DNA of 64,000 nt from Candidatus Rokuibacteriota bacterium. Lineage in GTDB: Bacteria; Methylomirabilota; Methylomirabilia; Rokubacteriales; CSP1-6. Numbering within the stretch: the first letter of the stretch is position 1; each line of letters starts with the position of its first letter. The stretch covers positions 2,341 to 66,340 of the forward strand of contig JAHFDN010000005.1 in assembly GCA_023248995.1 (NCBI GenBank), in the 5' to 3' direction. The notes below the pieces were generated by a model. It searched no databases and was not told the DNA's origin. It was given only the letters and a program-made list of their open reading frames with translations. The position numbers and the translations under genes were made by a program. Of the stretch, positions 48,070 through 56,565 are shown one piece after another.

Positions 48070-49017
48070 ATGTTCAATCTCAGGGAGATCCGCTGGAAAG
48101 TCGCCCCGAATATCGAGATCACCGTGGAGCCGGACCGGAGCCTGCTGGTGCCCCTCCACCGGTTCAACCAGGTGCGTGTTCCCGTGGAGTCGAACCCGGT
48201 CGCGGCGGCCTTCGACGGCACACACCTCTGGGTGGCCAACAGCGGGGCCGACTCCGTCAGCAAGATTGACATCAGCACCAACAAGGTGGTGGCGAGGGTG
48301 CCGGTGGGGATCAACCCCTGGGACATCGTGTTCGACGGCACGCACCTCTGGGTCAGCAACCTGGTGGACAACACTGTGAGCAAGATCAACGCGGCGACCC
48401 ATGACGTGGTGGACACCATCGGCGTCGGCCGGTCTCCCCACGGCCTCGCGTTCGACGGGGCGCACCTCTGGGTCGCGAGCATGGTGGACAACACGCTGTC
48501 GAAGATCGACGCCGTGACGAACGTCGTCGTCGCGAGCGTGGAGGTGCGGCGGTGGCCGTCGGGCCTGGCCTTCGACGGCAGCCATATCTGGAGCGCCGAC
48601 AGCGGCTCCAACACGGTCACCAAGGTGAACGTGAGCACGGACGTGGTCGTGACCACGGTCGTGGTGGGGAAGGCACCTCACGGGATCGCCTTCGACGGGC
48701 AGAACATCTGGGTGGCCAACTCGCAGGCCAACAACGTGAGCAAGATCAACGTCACCACCAACCTCGTGACGGCGACCGTGCAAGTGGGGCGCGAGCCCAC
48801 AGGTCTCGTCTTCGACGGCACGCACGTCTGGGTGGCGAACAAGGCCGGGACCGGCGTCATGAACACCGTGAGCCGGATCCACGCGATCTCGAACGTGGTG
48901 ACCGCGACCCTTGGGGTTGGCCGGGAGCCGGCCGGGGTGGCGTTCGACGGCACGCACCTCTGGGTGACGAACTTCGGCCAGAACAGCCTCAGCAAGATCC
49001 TCGGGCTTCCCTGGTAG
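48070..49017 (+). CDS. Seven-bladed beta-propeller repeat protein (YVTN/NHL-like), no signal peptide
   Basis: Seven ~40-aa repeats of the form P.G(L/V)AFDG.H(L/I)W(V)AN...N.VSKI...T..VV.T(V).VG. The repeat is also visible as a ~120-bp DNA periodicity (TTCGACGGCACGCACCTCTGGGT, seven copies). Confidence 0.7.
   Translation: MFNLREIRWKVAPNIEITVEPDRSLLVPLHRFNQVRVPVESNPVAAAFDGTHLWVANSGADSVSKIDISTNKVVARVPVGINPWDIVFDGTHLWVSNLVDNTVSKINAATHDVVDTIGVGRSPHGLAFDGAHLWVASMVDNTLSKIDAVTNVVVASVEVRRWPSGLAFDGSHIWSADSGSNTVTKVNVSTDVVVTTVVVGKAPHGIAFDGQNIWVANSQANNVSKINVTTNLVTATVQVGREPTGLVFDGTHVWVANKAGTGVMNTVSRIHAISNVVTATLGVGREPAGVAFDGTHLWVTNFGQNSLSKILGLPW
48176..48990 (+). repeat. Coding tandem repeat, ~120 bp period x 7 (propeller blades)
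   Basis: Near-identical 23-31-mers centred at 48209, 48334, 48450, 48571, 48690, 48812 and 48940. Confidence 0.8.
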
Positions 49018-49033
49018 GCCGGCCTTAGCCGGT

Positions 49034-49681
49034 CTATCGCCGCATCAGGCGCGTCAAGAGGCGGGAGACCGCGGCGTCCGTCAACTCCTGAGGGGACAGG
49101 CGGCGCGCTCGCCCTTCTTTGGTGCACGGCGCGTCCACGTCGGTGACCGTGAGGTTGGCGTCCGGGGGCTCCAGCAGGAGTCGCCTCCCGTCAGTGACCC
49201 GCAGCACCTCCAGGGTGATGGCCACCACGGTCGTCAACGCCGAAAAGGGCCGGGCCGTCCCGCGGCAGAAGGAGAGGGTGCGGCGGCTCAGATGCATGTC
49301 CATCACCAACAGCACGTCGGCCTGGAGACTCCGCGCCCGCGCCAGGGCGGGAGCCCGGTCGAGGCGGTCAATGGGGGCCGACGCCCCGCGGTAGACGGGC
49401 AGCGCGCTCAGGCTGACATCCAGCGGGAAGATGCCCTGGCCGTTGAGGCTGTCGATCAGCCCCGTCTCGAGTTCTTCGGGGAAGCTGGCCCGCTCCTGAC
49501 TCGTGAAGTCGCCTTCACCGAACCCGCTCTGATCGAGGGCCACCTGGAGGAGCACGGCCGGCCGCCGGATCTCTTGGGGGCGGTAGGCCGGGTCGCGCAC
49601 GGCTACCGGTGCCGATGGGCCGACGCACCCCTGGAAGAGCCAGAGAGCCGAGAGCAGCGGGCCAAACCGGAAGAAGCGCAT
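49034..49681 (-). CDS. Hypothetical lipoprotein (~215 aa)
   Basis: The C-terminal part of track ORF 49034..50587 starts at MRFFRFGPLLSALWLFQGC (signal plus lipobox). The upstream part of that track ORF is low-complexity antisense and was discarded. Confidence 0.5.
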   Translation of the reverse strand: MRFFRFGPLLSALWLFQGCVGPSAPVAVRDPAYRPQEIRRPAVLLQVALDQSGFGEGDFTSQERASFPEELETGLIDSLNGQGIFPLDVSLSALPVYRGASAPIDRLDRAPALARARSLQADVLLVMDMHLSRRTLSFCRGTARPFSALTTVVAITLEVLRVTDGRRLLLEPPDANLTVTDVDAPCTKEGRARRLSPQELTDAAVSRLLTRLMRR

Positions 49682-49759
49682 CTCAAGGCCGATGCTCGCG
49701 CCGGCGCCCCCGGGTGTCAAGGAGATCCCGCCTCTTCGGGGTGTGGTATCATCGGTTTT

Positions 49760-50197
49760 GTGAGGATCCTCTTTCGGTGCTTCGTGGTGATGGCCGGCTT
49801 GGCCCTCCTGACCGGGGGCCTGGCGCCCGCGTCGCTGGCCCAGGGCCAGGTCGAGATCACCGCACCGCCCCCGGAGCGGGCTCCGCGCCCCGAGTTCATC
49901 ATCCCCGGGCAGCCGCCCGACGTCACGCGGCCGCGGGAGCAAGAGTTCTACGCGGATGACATCCGGGTCCGCCACGACCCGGCGTTCATCGTCCCCCTCT
50001 CGGCGACGGTGTCCACCGGCCCCCGGACCGCGGCCCGGTTCGGGCTCTCCCTCTGGACGGCCCCCCAGGGACGCGGCAACCTGGTCTACGCCCACGAGGT
50101 TCCAGGCTGGCTCGCCATCGGCTTCAGCTTTGTCTGGGACATCCCGGTCCAGCCGGAGAGGCCTGCGTCCCCGCCGCCCGCGGCGCTTCCCCGGTAG
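49760..50197 (+). CDS. Hypothetical secreted protein (~145 aa)
   Basis: GTG at 49760 (or ATG at 49790) followed by a signal peptide (FRCFVVMAGLALLTGGLAPASLAQG). It is divergent from the lipoprotein gene. Confidence 0.45.
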   Translation: MRILFRCFVVMAGLALLTGGLAPASLAQGQVEITAPPPERAPRPEFIIPGQPPDVTRPREQEFYADDIRVRHDPAFIVPLSATVSTGPRTAARFGLSLWTAPQGRGNLVYAHEVPGWLAIGFSFVWDIPVQPERPASPPPAALPR

Positions 50198-50291
50198 GGG
50201 AGCGTCGTTCCTCTTTCCGCCTCGCTCGCGCGACGCGCGCCGTTCTTGACGCAGGCGAGGCACTTGTCTTATTGTCATAAGACAGTAAGCC

Positions 50292-51209
50292 ATGAAACTC
50301 AGGCTGAACCGGAAGGCGCCGCTCCCCGTCCACGCCCAGCTGAAGGCGCAGCTGGCGCACCTGATCGAGACGGGTCGGTGGGCGGCGGGGACCCGGCTGC
50401 CGACGGTTCGGCAGTTGGCCGGGACCCTGCGCATCAACCGAAACACGGTGTCGAAGGTCTTCGGAGAGCTGGAGCGAGAGAGGTACCTGTCCTGCGAGCG
50501 CGGGCGGGGGACCTTCGTCTCCCCGCGCAAGCGCGAGCGGAAGCGCGCCGGGCTAGGACCACTGCTGGCGACGATCGACGAGGCCACCCGCGCAGCGCGT
50601 CGGCTGGGCCTGGCGCCCGCGGCGGTGGCCGCGGCGGTCTACGCGCGGGCCCTCTCCGGTCCACCGGCCAGGCGGCGGCGGTCGGTGCTCTTCGTCGAGT
50701 GCTGCCGGTCCCGCCTTCAGCACCTGGGCCGCGAACTGGCCGGGGCGCTGCCGGCTCGCGTGGAGTCGCTGCTCCTCGAGGATCTCCGCCGGCTCGCCCG
50801 GCGGTCTCCGCGCGCGCTCCGGCGGTACGCCCTGGTCGCGACGACTTTCTGCCACGTTAACGAGGTGAAGAGGCTCTTGGGAGGGAGCGCGTTGGACGTC
50901 GTGGGGCTCCTGACGGCGCCCCGCCAGGAGACGCTGATGCGACTGGCGGCGCTGCCCCGAGGGGCGAGGGTGGCGGTCACTGAGGGAGTGAGACTCGCCG
51001 TCGGCAGTGCAGGGCTGACCCACGTCCGCCTCCTTCGGAGCCCGGGAGCCCGCGCGCTGCGTCGAGGGAAGCCCGCCGTGGTGGTCTGCTCCAGCCGCGC
51101 CGCCCGGAAGCTCACCCTGGTGGCCGGTCGAGGGGCGGAGGTCGTCGTGGACGACGGGCGCCTGGACCGGGCGGGGATCGAGACGATACGGCGGAGGCTC
51201 GAGCCCTAG
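50292..51209 (+). CDS. GntR-family transcriptional regulator
   Basis: An N-terminal winged HTH (…LPTVRQLAGTLRINRNTVSKVFGELERERYLSCERGRGTFV) and a ~220-aa C-terminal effector domain. Confidence 0.7.
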   Translation: MKLRLNRKAPLPVHAQLKAQLAHLIETGRWAAGTRLPTVRQLAGTLRINRNTVSKVFGELERERYLSCERGRGTFVSPRKRERKRAGLGPLLATIDEATRAARRLGLAPAAVAAAVYARALSGPPARRRRSVLFVECCRSRLQHLGRELAGALPARVESLLLEDLRRLARRSPRALRRYALVATTFCHVNEVKRLLGGSALDVVGLLTAPRQETLMRLAALPRGARVAVTEGVRLAVGSAGLTHVRLLRSPGARALRRGKPAVVVCSSRAARKLTLVAGRGAEVVVDDGRLDRAGIETIRRRLEP

Positions 51210-51835
51210 CGGGCGAGCCCGGCGTGGGTCTGCTCCACATGCGCCAGCGAGCTGTGGCTCTCCGGCCAGTCGTAGGCGATCGGGCCCATCCCCCTGTTGA
51301 TCGTCGCCACGCAGAACTCGGCGGTCTTGTACTCCATCCCGTCGGGGAGCCCCACGCGGACCTTGTGCGCCGCGCCGGTGGCCAGGTTCCGGATCGGCTC
51401 GGTCACCGTGTCGAGGAAGCCCGGAATCGTGACGTGAGCCTTCCGCCGCCTTAGATCGTGCTCGAAGTGGATGGAGACGACCTTGGGCTCGAGCACCTTG
51501 GTGACGAGCGAGGCGAGAACCTCGAACCAGGGGTTGCCGGCCTTCCCGCTCACGATCTGGAGCAGGGCCTCGCGCTGGGCGGGCGTGGTCTTCTCGTCCA
51601 GGAGGGTGAGGACGGTGCCGTTCCCCTCGTGAAGCGGGCCCGGCCAGTGGTACTGGACGGCGAACTTCACGCCGTTCATCTTCGTCTTTCCGAAGCTCCC
51701 CTCCTCGACCAGCATGGCCGCCATCCCCTCGCACTTCGTGTGGGTCGGGCGAGCCCAGAAGTCGCACGGACAGCCCGGGTCGCAGTTGCAGTTCTTGATC
51801 CACTTCCCTTTGAGTCGCCACTTGATGGTCGCCAT
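51206..51835 (-). CDS. DUF1326 domain protein
   Basis: MATIKWRLKGKWIKNCNCDPGCPCDFW... is the Cys-rich N-terminal signature of DUF1326. The ATG is at 51835-51833. The track ORF extends further upstream into an overlapping frame. Confidence 0.6.
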   Translation of the reverse strand: MATIKWRLKGKWIKNCNCDPGCPCDFWARPTHTKCEGMAAMLVEEGSFGKTKMNGVKFAVQYHWPGPLHEGNGTVLTLLDEKTTPAQREALLQIVSGKAGNPWFEVLASLVTKVLEPKVVSIHFEHDLRRRKAHVTIPGFLDTVTEPIRNLATGAAHKVRVGLPDGMEYKTAEFCVATINRGMGPIAYDWPESHSSLAHVEQTHAGLAR

Positions 51836-51858
51836 GGTTTCCCTCCCTTGCTCGATAG

Positions 51859-52636
51859 CTAGAGCGCCCGCGCGATGAGCCAGACGCCCCACGTGATCAG
51901 CAACCCGCCGGCGAGCCGGCTGACGGCCCGCCCTGGGGGCGCAACTTTTTCGAGGAGCACGAAGGCGGCGAGGGCCGCCGCCCAGAGGAGGTTCATGACG
52001 CCGGCCACGAAGAGAAGCGCCATCAGCACCCAGCAGCAGCCGACGCAGAAGGTCCCGTGCCTCACCCCCATGAGGAAGGCTCCGAGGGCACCTTCCCGCC
52101 AGTCGGTCATGATGAACCCCAGCGGGGACTGGCAGCGCACGAGGCAGGCGTTCTTGAGGGGCGTGAACTGGTAGAGGCCGGCGGCGAGGAGGAGGACGCC
52201 GCCGAGCCACGGGGCGACGGCGACGGCGGGTCCGGAGATGAGCGCCGCCGCGTGAAGTCCCGACTGCCCCAGCGTCGCTCCCAGGCTGAAGGCCGCCCAC
52301 ACGGCGAGGTACCCGAGGAGGAAGAGCCCGGTGCGGACGACCGGCGTGTTCTCGACCATGCGCCGCCGGTTGACCGTGGCGAAGATCAGGAGCATGGGCG
52401 TGGCCGAGGGGACCATCATCGCGACCATCATCACCGCCCACATGAGGAACGTCAGGGCGAAGTCCGGCAGGCTCCAGGGCTTCATCCGGGGCAACGCCAG
52501 GGCCATCTCGGCCATGGCGTCCATCTCGCGACTCAAGCGGAAGATGTAGACCCACGCGAGAGCGCCCACGACGAGAAGACCGGTAGCGACGATCGCCCGG
52601 TCCCGCCGGATCAGCCGATCCACCGTGGGGTTCACG
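51859..52636 (-). CDS. DUF2182 family integral membrane protein
   Basis: ~259 aa with a GTG start at 52636-52634 that overlaps the TPP-enzyme stop (GTGA). It is polytopic, with the pattern …FLMWAVMMVAMMVPSATPML…CCWVLMALLFVAG…. Confidence 0.55.
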
Positions 52637-54308
52637 TCTTGGTCCCCTTGACCCGGGCGATGTTGGCGGTCGTCAGCGGGCTCGGCACCCCACGCATCAT
52701 GACGTTGACGCAGGCGACCTTCCCGGCCTTGAGCGCGCGCTCGAGCGCCGGGCGGAGCTCGGCCGGGTGCTCGACGTGCTCGCCATAGCCGCCCATGGCC
52801 TCGACGACCCGGTCGTAGCGGACCTGTCCGAGCTCGACGCCGGTGGTGCGGTCGTAGAACGCCGCCTGGAGCTCGCGCTCCATGCCCCAGCCGCCGTCGT
52901 TGCCGACGACGACGACCACGGGGAGGTTGAAGCGGAGGGCGGTGTGGAGCTCCCACGAGTGAAAGGCCATCCCGCCGTCCCCCATCAGGACGACGACGGG
53001 ACAGTCGGGCTTGGCGAGCTTGGCCCCGATGGCCAGGGGGATCGAGGCCCCGACGGTCGCGAGCGGTCCCAGCCGGATCCAGTGCCCAGGCTTTCTCGCC
53101 GGCAGCCCGAGGCGGCACCACTGGGCGAAGTCTCCGCCGTCGATGGACCAGACCGCGTCCGAATTGACCGCTTCCCGGACTTCCTTGACGATGCGGAGCG
53201 GATGGAGGGGGGCCGCGTCGGAGCTCTCGTCCTTTCTCCGCGCTTCGGCCGCCGCGCGCCGCGCTCCTCTGAGCCGCTCGACCCACGGCTTCTCCTTCCA
53301 GCCCTGCCGCGCCCGGGCCGCCGCGGCCAGCTGCTCGAGGACCTGGCCGGCGTCGCCCTGGATCGGGAGCTGGGCGCTCCGGTTCTTCCCCAGCTCGGGC
53401 GCGTGGATGTCAACCTGAATGAGCGTGGCGTCGGCGGCGAAGAGGTTGCCGTAAGCCAGGCGGAAGTCCATGCGCTTGCCGATGAGGAGCACGACGTCCG
53501 CGGCGTTGATCTCCCGCGCCACCGGGTTCAGGATCGGGTCCGCGTAGCCGAGACAGAGGGGATGCTCGTCGGAGAGGCTGCCGCGCCCCAGGCCGATCGT
53601 GAAGCAGGGGAGGTGCGTCAGTTCGATGAAGCGTCGTAGTGCATCCCAGGAGCGCCCCCACCAGACCCCGCTCCCGGCGATCACCGCGGGGCGCTCGGCG
53701 CGCTCGAGCAGGTCGAGCGCACTCTCGACCGCCCACGGCGGCGCCGCGGGCGGGCCGCCTTTCAGGGGCCCCGGAATCACCACCGCGGAATCGTCGAGAG
53801 GGGCCTCCAGGACGTCGCTCGGGATCGTCAGGTGAACCGGGCCGGGGCGACCGCTGATCGCCTCGCGGTAGGCGAGCGCCGCGTACTGGGGCAGGCGGGC
53901 CGGATCGTCCACGAGGCGCGCCCACTTGGTCACCGCGCGGACCATGTCCACCTGGTCGATCTCCTGGAGCGGTCCCTTGTCCCGGAGCGCTCGCTCGAAC
54001 GTCCCGCTGATGGCGAGGACGGGGCTGCCCGCCATCCAGGCCGTCGCGATCCCGGTGATGGAGTTGGTGTGGCCGGGCCCGCCGGTCACCACGGACACGC
54101 CGGGCTGCCCGGTCACGCGCGCCCAGCCGTCCGCCATGTGCGTGGCGCCGGATTCCTGGCGCGTGTCCACGATCGCGACCCCCTCGTCCACGCAGGCGTT
54201 GAAGACGGCGTTCACGTGATCGCCGCAGAGGCCGAACAGGCACTCCACGCCGTGGCGTTTGAGCGTCCTCACGAGGAGATGAGCCGCGGTGACCTTGGCC
54301 ATGGGCAC
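52632..54308 (-). CDS. Thiamine-diphosphate-dependent enzyme of the acetolactate synthase / benzoylformate decarboxylase family
   Basis: An N-terminal Pyr domain (…GATHMADGWARVTGQPGV…), a central domain, and the C-terminal ThDP motif GDGGMAFHSWELHTALRFNLPVVVVVGNDGGWG. Confidence 0.8.
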   Translation of the reverse strand: MPMAKVTAAHLLVRTLKRHGVECLFGLCGDHVNAVFNACVDEGVAIVDTRQESGATHMADGWARVTGQPGVSVVTGGPGHTNSITGIATAWMAGSPVLAISGTFERALRDKGPLQEIDQVDMVRAVTKWARLVDDPARLPQYAALAYREAISGRPGPVHLTIPSDVLEAPLDDSAVVIPGPLKGGPPAAPPWAVESALDLLERAERPAVIAGSGVWWGRSWDALRRFIELTHLPCFTIGLGRGSLSDEHPLCLGYADPILNPVAREINAADVVLLIGKRMDFRLAYGNLFAADATLIQVDIHAPELGKNRSAQLPIQGDAGQVLEQLAAAARARQGWKEKPWVERLRGARRAAAEARRKDESSDAAPLHPLRIVKEVREAVNSDAVWSIDGGDFAQWCRLGLPARKPGHWIRLGPLATVGASIPLAIGAKLAKPDCPVVVLMGDGGMAFHSWELHTALRFNLPVVVVVGNDGGWGMERELQAAFYDRTTGVELGQVRYDRVVEAMGGYGEHVEHPAELRPALERALKAGKVACVNVMMRGVPSPLTTANIARVKGTKT

Positions 54309-54363
54309 CCCACGATCGGAGAGCAGTCAAAAGCGCGCTCAGTATAGGACGAACGGTATCCTC

Positions 54364-54393
54364 TTGACAACGCAGGGCGCATCCCCCTAGGAT
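54364..54393 (+). promoter_or_regulatory. Candidate promoter of the pqq operon (TTGACA, 18 nt, TAGGAT)
   Basis: A consensus -35 TTGACA at 54364-54369 with a -10-like element 17-18 nt downstream. It lies ~60 nt upstream of the pqqA RBS (AAAGGA). Confidence 0.4.
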
Positions 54394-54451
54394 GATGGCG
54401 GTATTGATCGGCCAACCCGCTGGCAGCTGCTGCGACTGGGGGTGAAAAAGG

Positions 54452-54550
54452 ATGGCATGGGAAGCGCCCGCCTTCGTCGAGATCAAGATGGACGCCGAGA
54501 TCAACTCGTATCAGGACGATTTTGATCGGGACGATTCCGACGGCATTTAA
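54452..54550 (+). CDS. pqqA: Coenzyme PQQ precursor peptide PqqA (32 aa: MAWEAPAFVEIKMDAEINSYQDDFDRDDSDGI)
   Basis: Found by hand; it is below the track cutoff. A strong RBS precedes it. The W..P.F.E motif and the E-x-x-x-Y pair (EINSY) that become the PQQ ring are present. pqqBCDE follow immediately. Confidence 0.8.
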   Translation: MAWEAPAFVEIKMDAEINSYQDDFDRDDSDGI

Positions 54551-54574
54551 AAACTAAGTTTCATCAGCTCTGGG

Positions 54575-54614
54575 CAGCCCTTCTCAACGGTTCTGACCGC
54601 CGGGGGAAGGGCTG
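54575..54614 (+). promoter_or_regulatory. Stem-loop between pqqA and pqqB (9-bp stem CAGCCCTTC/GAAGGGCTG, 22-nt loop)
   Basis: A perfect inverted repeat. It lies in the same position as the pqqA-pqqB intergenic hairpins thought to stabilise pqqA mRNA or attenuate read-through in other PQQ producers. Confidence 0.45.
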
Positions 54615-54632
54615 TCGTGCCTCAGGGGGTCG

Positions 54633-55553
54633 ATGGTGCTCATCCGGGTGTTGGGTTCGGCCGCAGGAGGAGGGTTCCCCCAGTGGAACTGCGGCTGCCT
54701 GAACTGCCAGGGCGTTCGGGAAGGCACGATCCGGGCGGTGGCGCGAACCCAGGAGTCCGTTTCCGTGAGCGCGGACGGCAAGACGTGGTTCCTGCTCAAT
54801 GCCTCCCCCGAAATCCGGCAACACATCGAAGGTTTCCCGCCTCTTCATCCTCGCAAACCGCGCGACTCGCCCCTCGAGGGCATTCTGCTGACGAACGGCG
54901 ACCTCGATCACTGCCTGGGGCTCTTGTCCCTCCGCGAGTCTTACCCGCTTGTCCTCTATGCGACAGAACGCGTGCGCCGGGGCTTCACGGAGGGCAATGT
55001 TCTCTATCGAACGCTGGAGCGGTTCCCCGAGCAGGTGACATGGCGCACGCTCAAGCTGGGGCGGGAGGAGGAGATGACCGCCGGCGGCCGTCCGAGCGGC
55101 TTGTCGATCGAGGCGGTCGCAGTGCCGGGGAAGCGGGCGCTGCACCTCGAAGGGCTCGTGACGCCGGATCCGGAGGACAACGTGGGGTTCAGGATCCGTG
55201 AGTCGGCGACCGGCCGCGCGCTGGCGTATTTTTCGGCTGTGGGGGCTGTCACGCCGTCCGTCTGCCAGGCGCTTGAGGGCGCTGACTGCGTCTTCTTCGA
55301 TGGCACCTTCTGGTCGAGCGACGAGCTTCCTGCCCTCGGGGTGGGGACGAAGCGCGCCGAGGATATGGCTCACGTTCCCGTGGGTGGTGAAAAAGGCAGT
55401 CTCGCGCTGCTGGCTGGCGTGGGCGCCCCGCGGAGGATCTACATCCACCTGAACAACACCAACCCCCTGCTGAGAGAGGACTCGCCCGAGCGCGCGCGGG
55501 TCGAGACGTGCGGCTGGGAGGTCGCGTACGACGGGATGGAAATCGCTCTATGA
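54633..55553 (+). CDS. pqqB: PQQ biosynthesis protein PqqB (metallo-beta-lactamase fold)
   Basis: MVLIRVLGSAAGGGFPQWNCGCLNC... and a DHCLG motif. Confidence 0.9.
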   Translation: MVLIRVLGSAAGGGFPQWNCGCLNCQGVREGTIRAVARTQESVSVSADGKTWFLLNASPEIRQHIEGFPPLHPRKPRDSPLEGILLTNGDLDHCLGLLSLRESYPLVLYATERVRRGFTEGNVLYRTLERFPEQVTWRTLKLGREEEMTAGGRPSGLSIEAVAVPGKRALHLEGLVTPDPEDNVGFRIRESATGRALAYFSAVGAVTPSVCQALEGADCVFFDGTFWSSDELPALGVGTKRAEDMAHVPVGGEKGSLALLAGVGAPRRIYIHLNNTNPLLREDSPERARVETCGWEVAYDGMEIAL

Positions 55554-56287
55554 CGGAAGATCGCAGCCGGCCGCCACTCTCCCGGGAGGCATTCGTCGAC
55601 TGGCTGAAACGCGAGGGGCAGAGTCGCTACCACGACAGCCATCGCTATCACGTCCTGATGCACGACGGCAAGCTCACCAAGCTCCAGCTCCAGCAGTGGG
55701 TCCTGAACCGCTACTACTACCAGACTCGAATCCCGATCAAGGACGCGATCATCCTTTCCAAGTCCGAGGACCCGGCCTTCCGGCGGTTGTGGATCCGTCG
55801 GATTCGCGACCACGACGGCGACGCTCCGGGCGAAGGCGGCCTGGAACTCTGGCTGCGCCTGGCGGACGGCGTCGGGCTCGACCGTGAGGAGGTCCGAAGC
55901 TTCCGGTCAGTACTGCCCGGCGTGCGGTTTGCCTGCGACGCTTACGTGGAGCTCGTGCGGGAGCGAAGCCTCCTCGAAGCGGTCGCCTCATCCCTGACCG
56001 AGTCTTTCGCGCCGGACTTGATGTCCAAGCGCGTGCTCGCCTGGGAGCAGCACTATCCGTGGGTGAGCCGGGAGACGCTTGAGTACTTCCGTTCTCGGGT
56101 GCCGCGCGCGCGGCGTGACTCCGAGGAGGCAATGAACCTCGTCGTGCGGCAGGCGACGACCTACGAGTTGCAGGCGCGGTGTGTTGCGGCGCTGATCCGC
56201 AAGACCGAGATCCTCTGGCAGCTGCTCGACTGCGTGTACGCCGCGTACATCGAGCCCGGATGGGGGCTCCTGGGCGGCCGCGCGTGA
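55550..56287 (+). CDS. pqqC: Pyrroloquinoline-quinone synthase PqqC
   Basis: The TENA/THI-4 fold signature (…WVLNRYYYQTRIPIKDAIILSK…) is present. The ATG overlaps the pqqB stop. Confidence 0.9.
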   Translation: MTEDRSRPPLSREAFVDWLKREGQSRYHDSHRYHVLMHDGKLTKLQLQQWVLNRYYYQTRIPIKDAIILSKSEDPAFRRLWIRRIRDHDGDAPGEGGLELWLRLADGVGLDREEVRSFRSVLPGVRFACDAYVELVRERSLLEAVASSLTESFAPDLMSKRVLAWEQHYPWVSRETLEYFRSRVPRARRDSEEAMNLVVRQATTYELQARCVAALIRKTEILWQLLDCVYAAYIEPGWGLLGGRA

Positions 56288-56565
56288 TCTCGGCGGAGAG
56301 CCGCCCCCGGCTTGCGGAGAAAGCGCGTCTCAGATTCGACCGCAAAGCGCAGCAATACCTCTTGCTCTTCCCGGAGCGGGGGCTGGCGCTGAACCCCACG
56401 GCGGCGGAGATTCTGAAGTTGTGCACCGGAGAGCACACGGTCGAGGCCATCATCGAGCGCCTCCTCGAGACGTACGATACCCAGCCGCGGGAGGCCGTCG
56501 AGCGGGAGGTCGTCGCGTTCCTGGCGGGGATGGCAGAACGCGGTCTCGTGAAGGCCGGGCGATGA
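56284..56565 (+). CDS. pqqD: PQQ biosynthesis peptide chaperone PqqD
   Basis: ~93 aa. The GTG start overlaps the pqqC stop. The protein matches the PqqD family (…QQYLLLFPERGLALNPTAAEILKLCTGEHTV…). Confidence 0.8.
   Translation: MISAESRPRLAEKARLRFDRKAQQYLLLFPERGLALNPTAAEILKLCTGEHTVEAIIERLLETYDTQPREAVEREVVAFLAGMAERGLVKAGR

Noticed and set aside
48176-48990. Regularly spaced ~30-bp repeats, checked as a possible CRISPR array
   Set aside because: The period is ~120 bp, and both the repeats and the intervening sequence lie in-frame inside one ORF and encode propeller blades. This is not a repeat-spacer architecture, and no cas genes are present.
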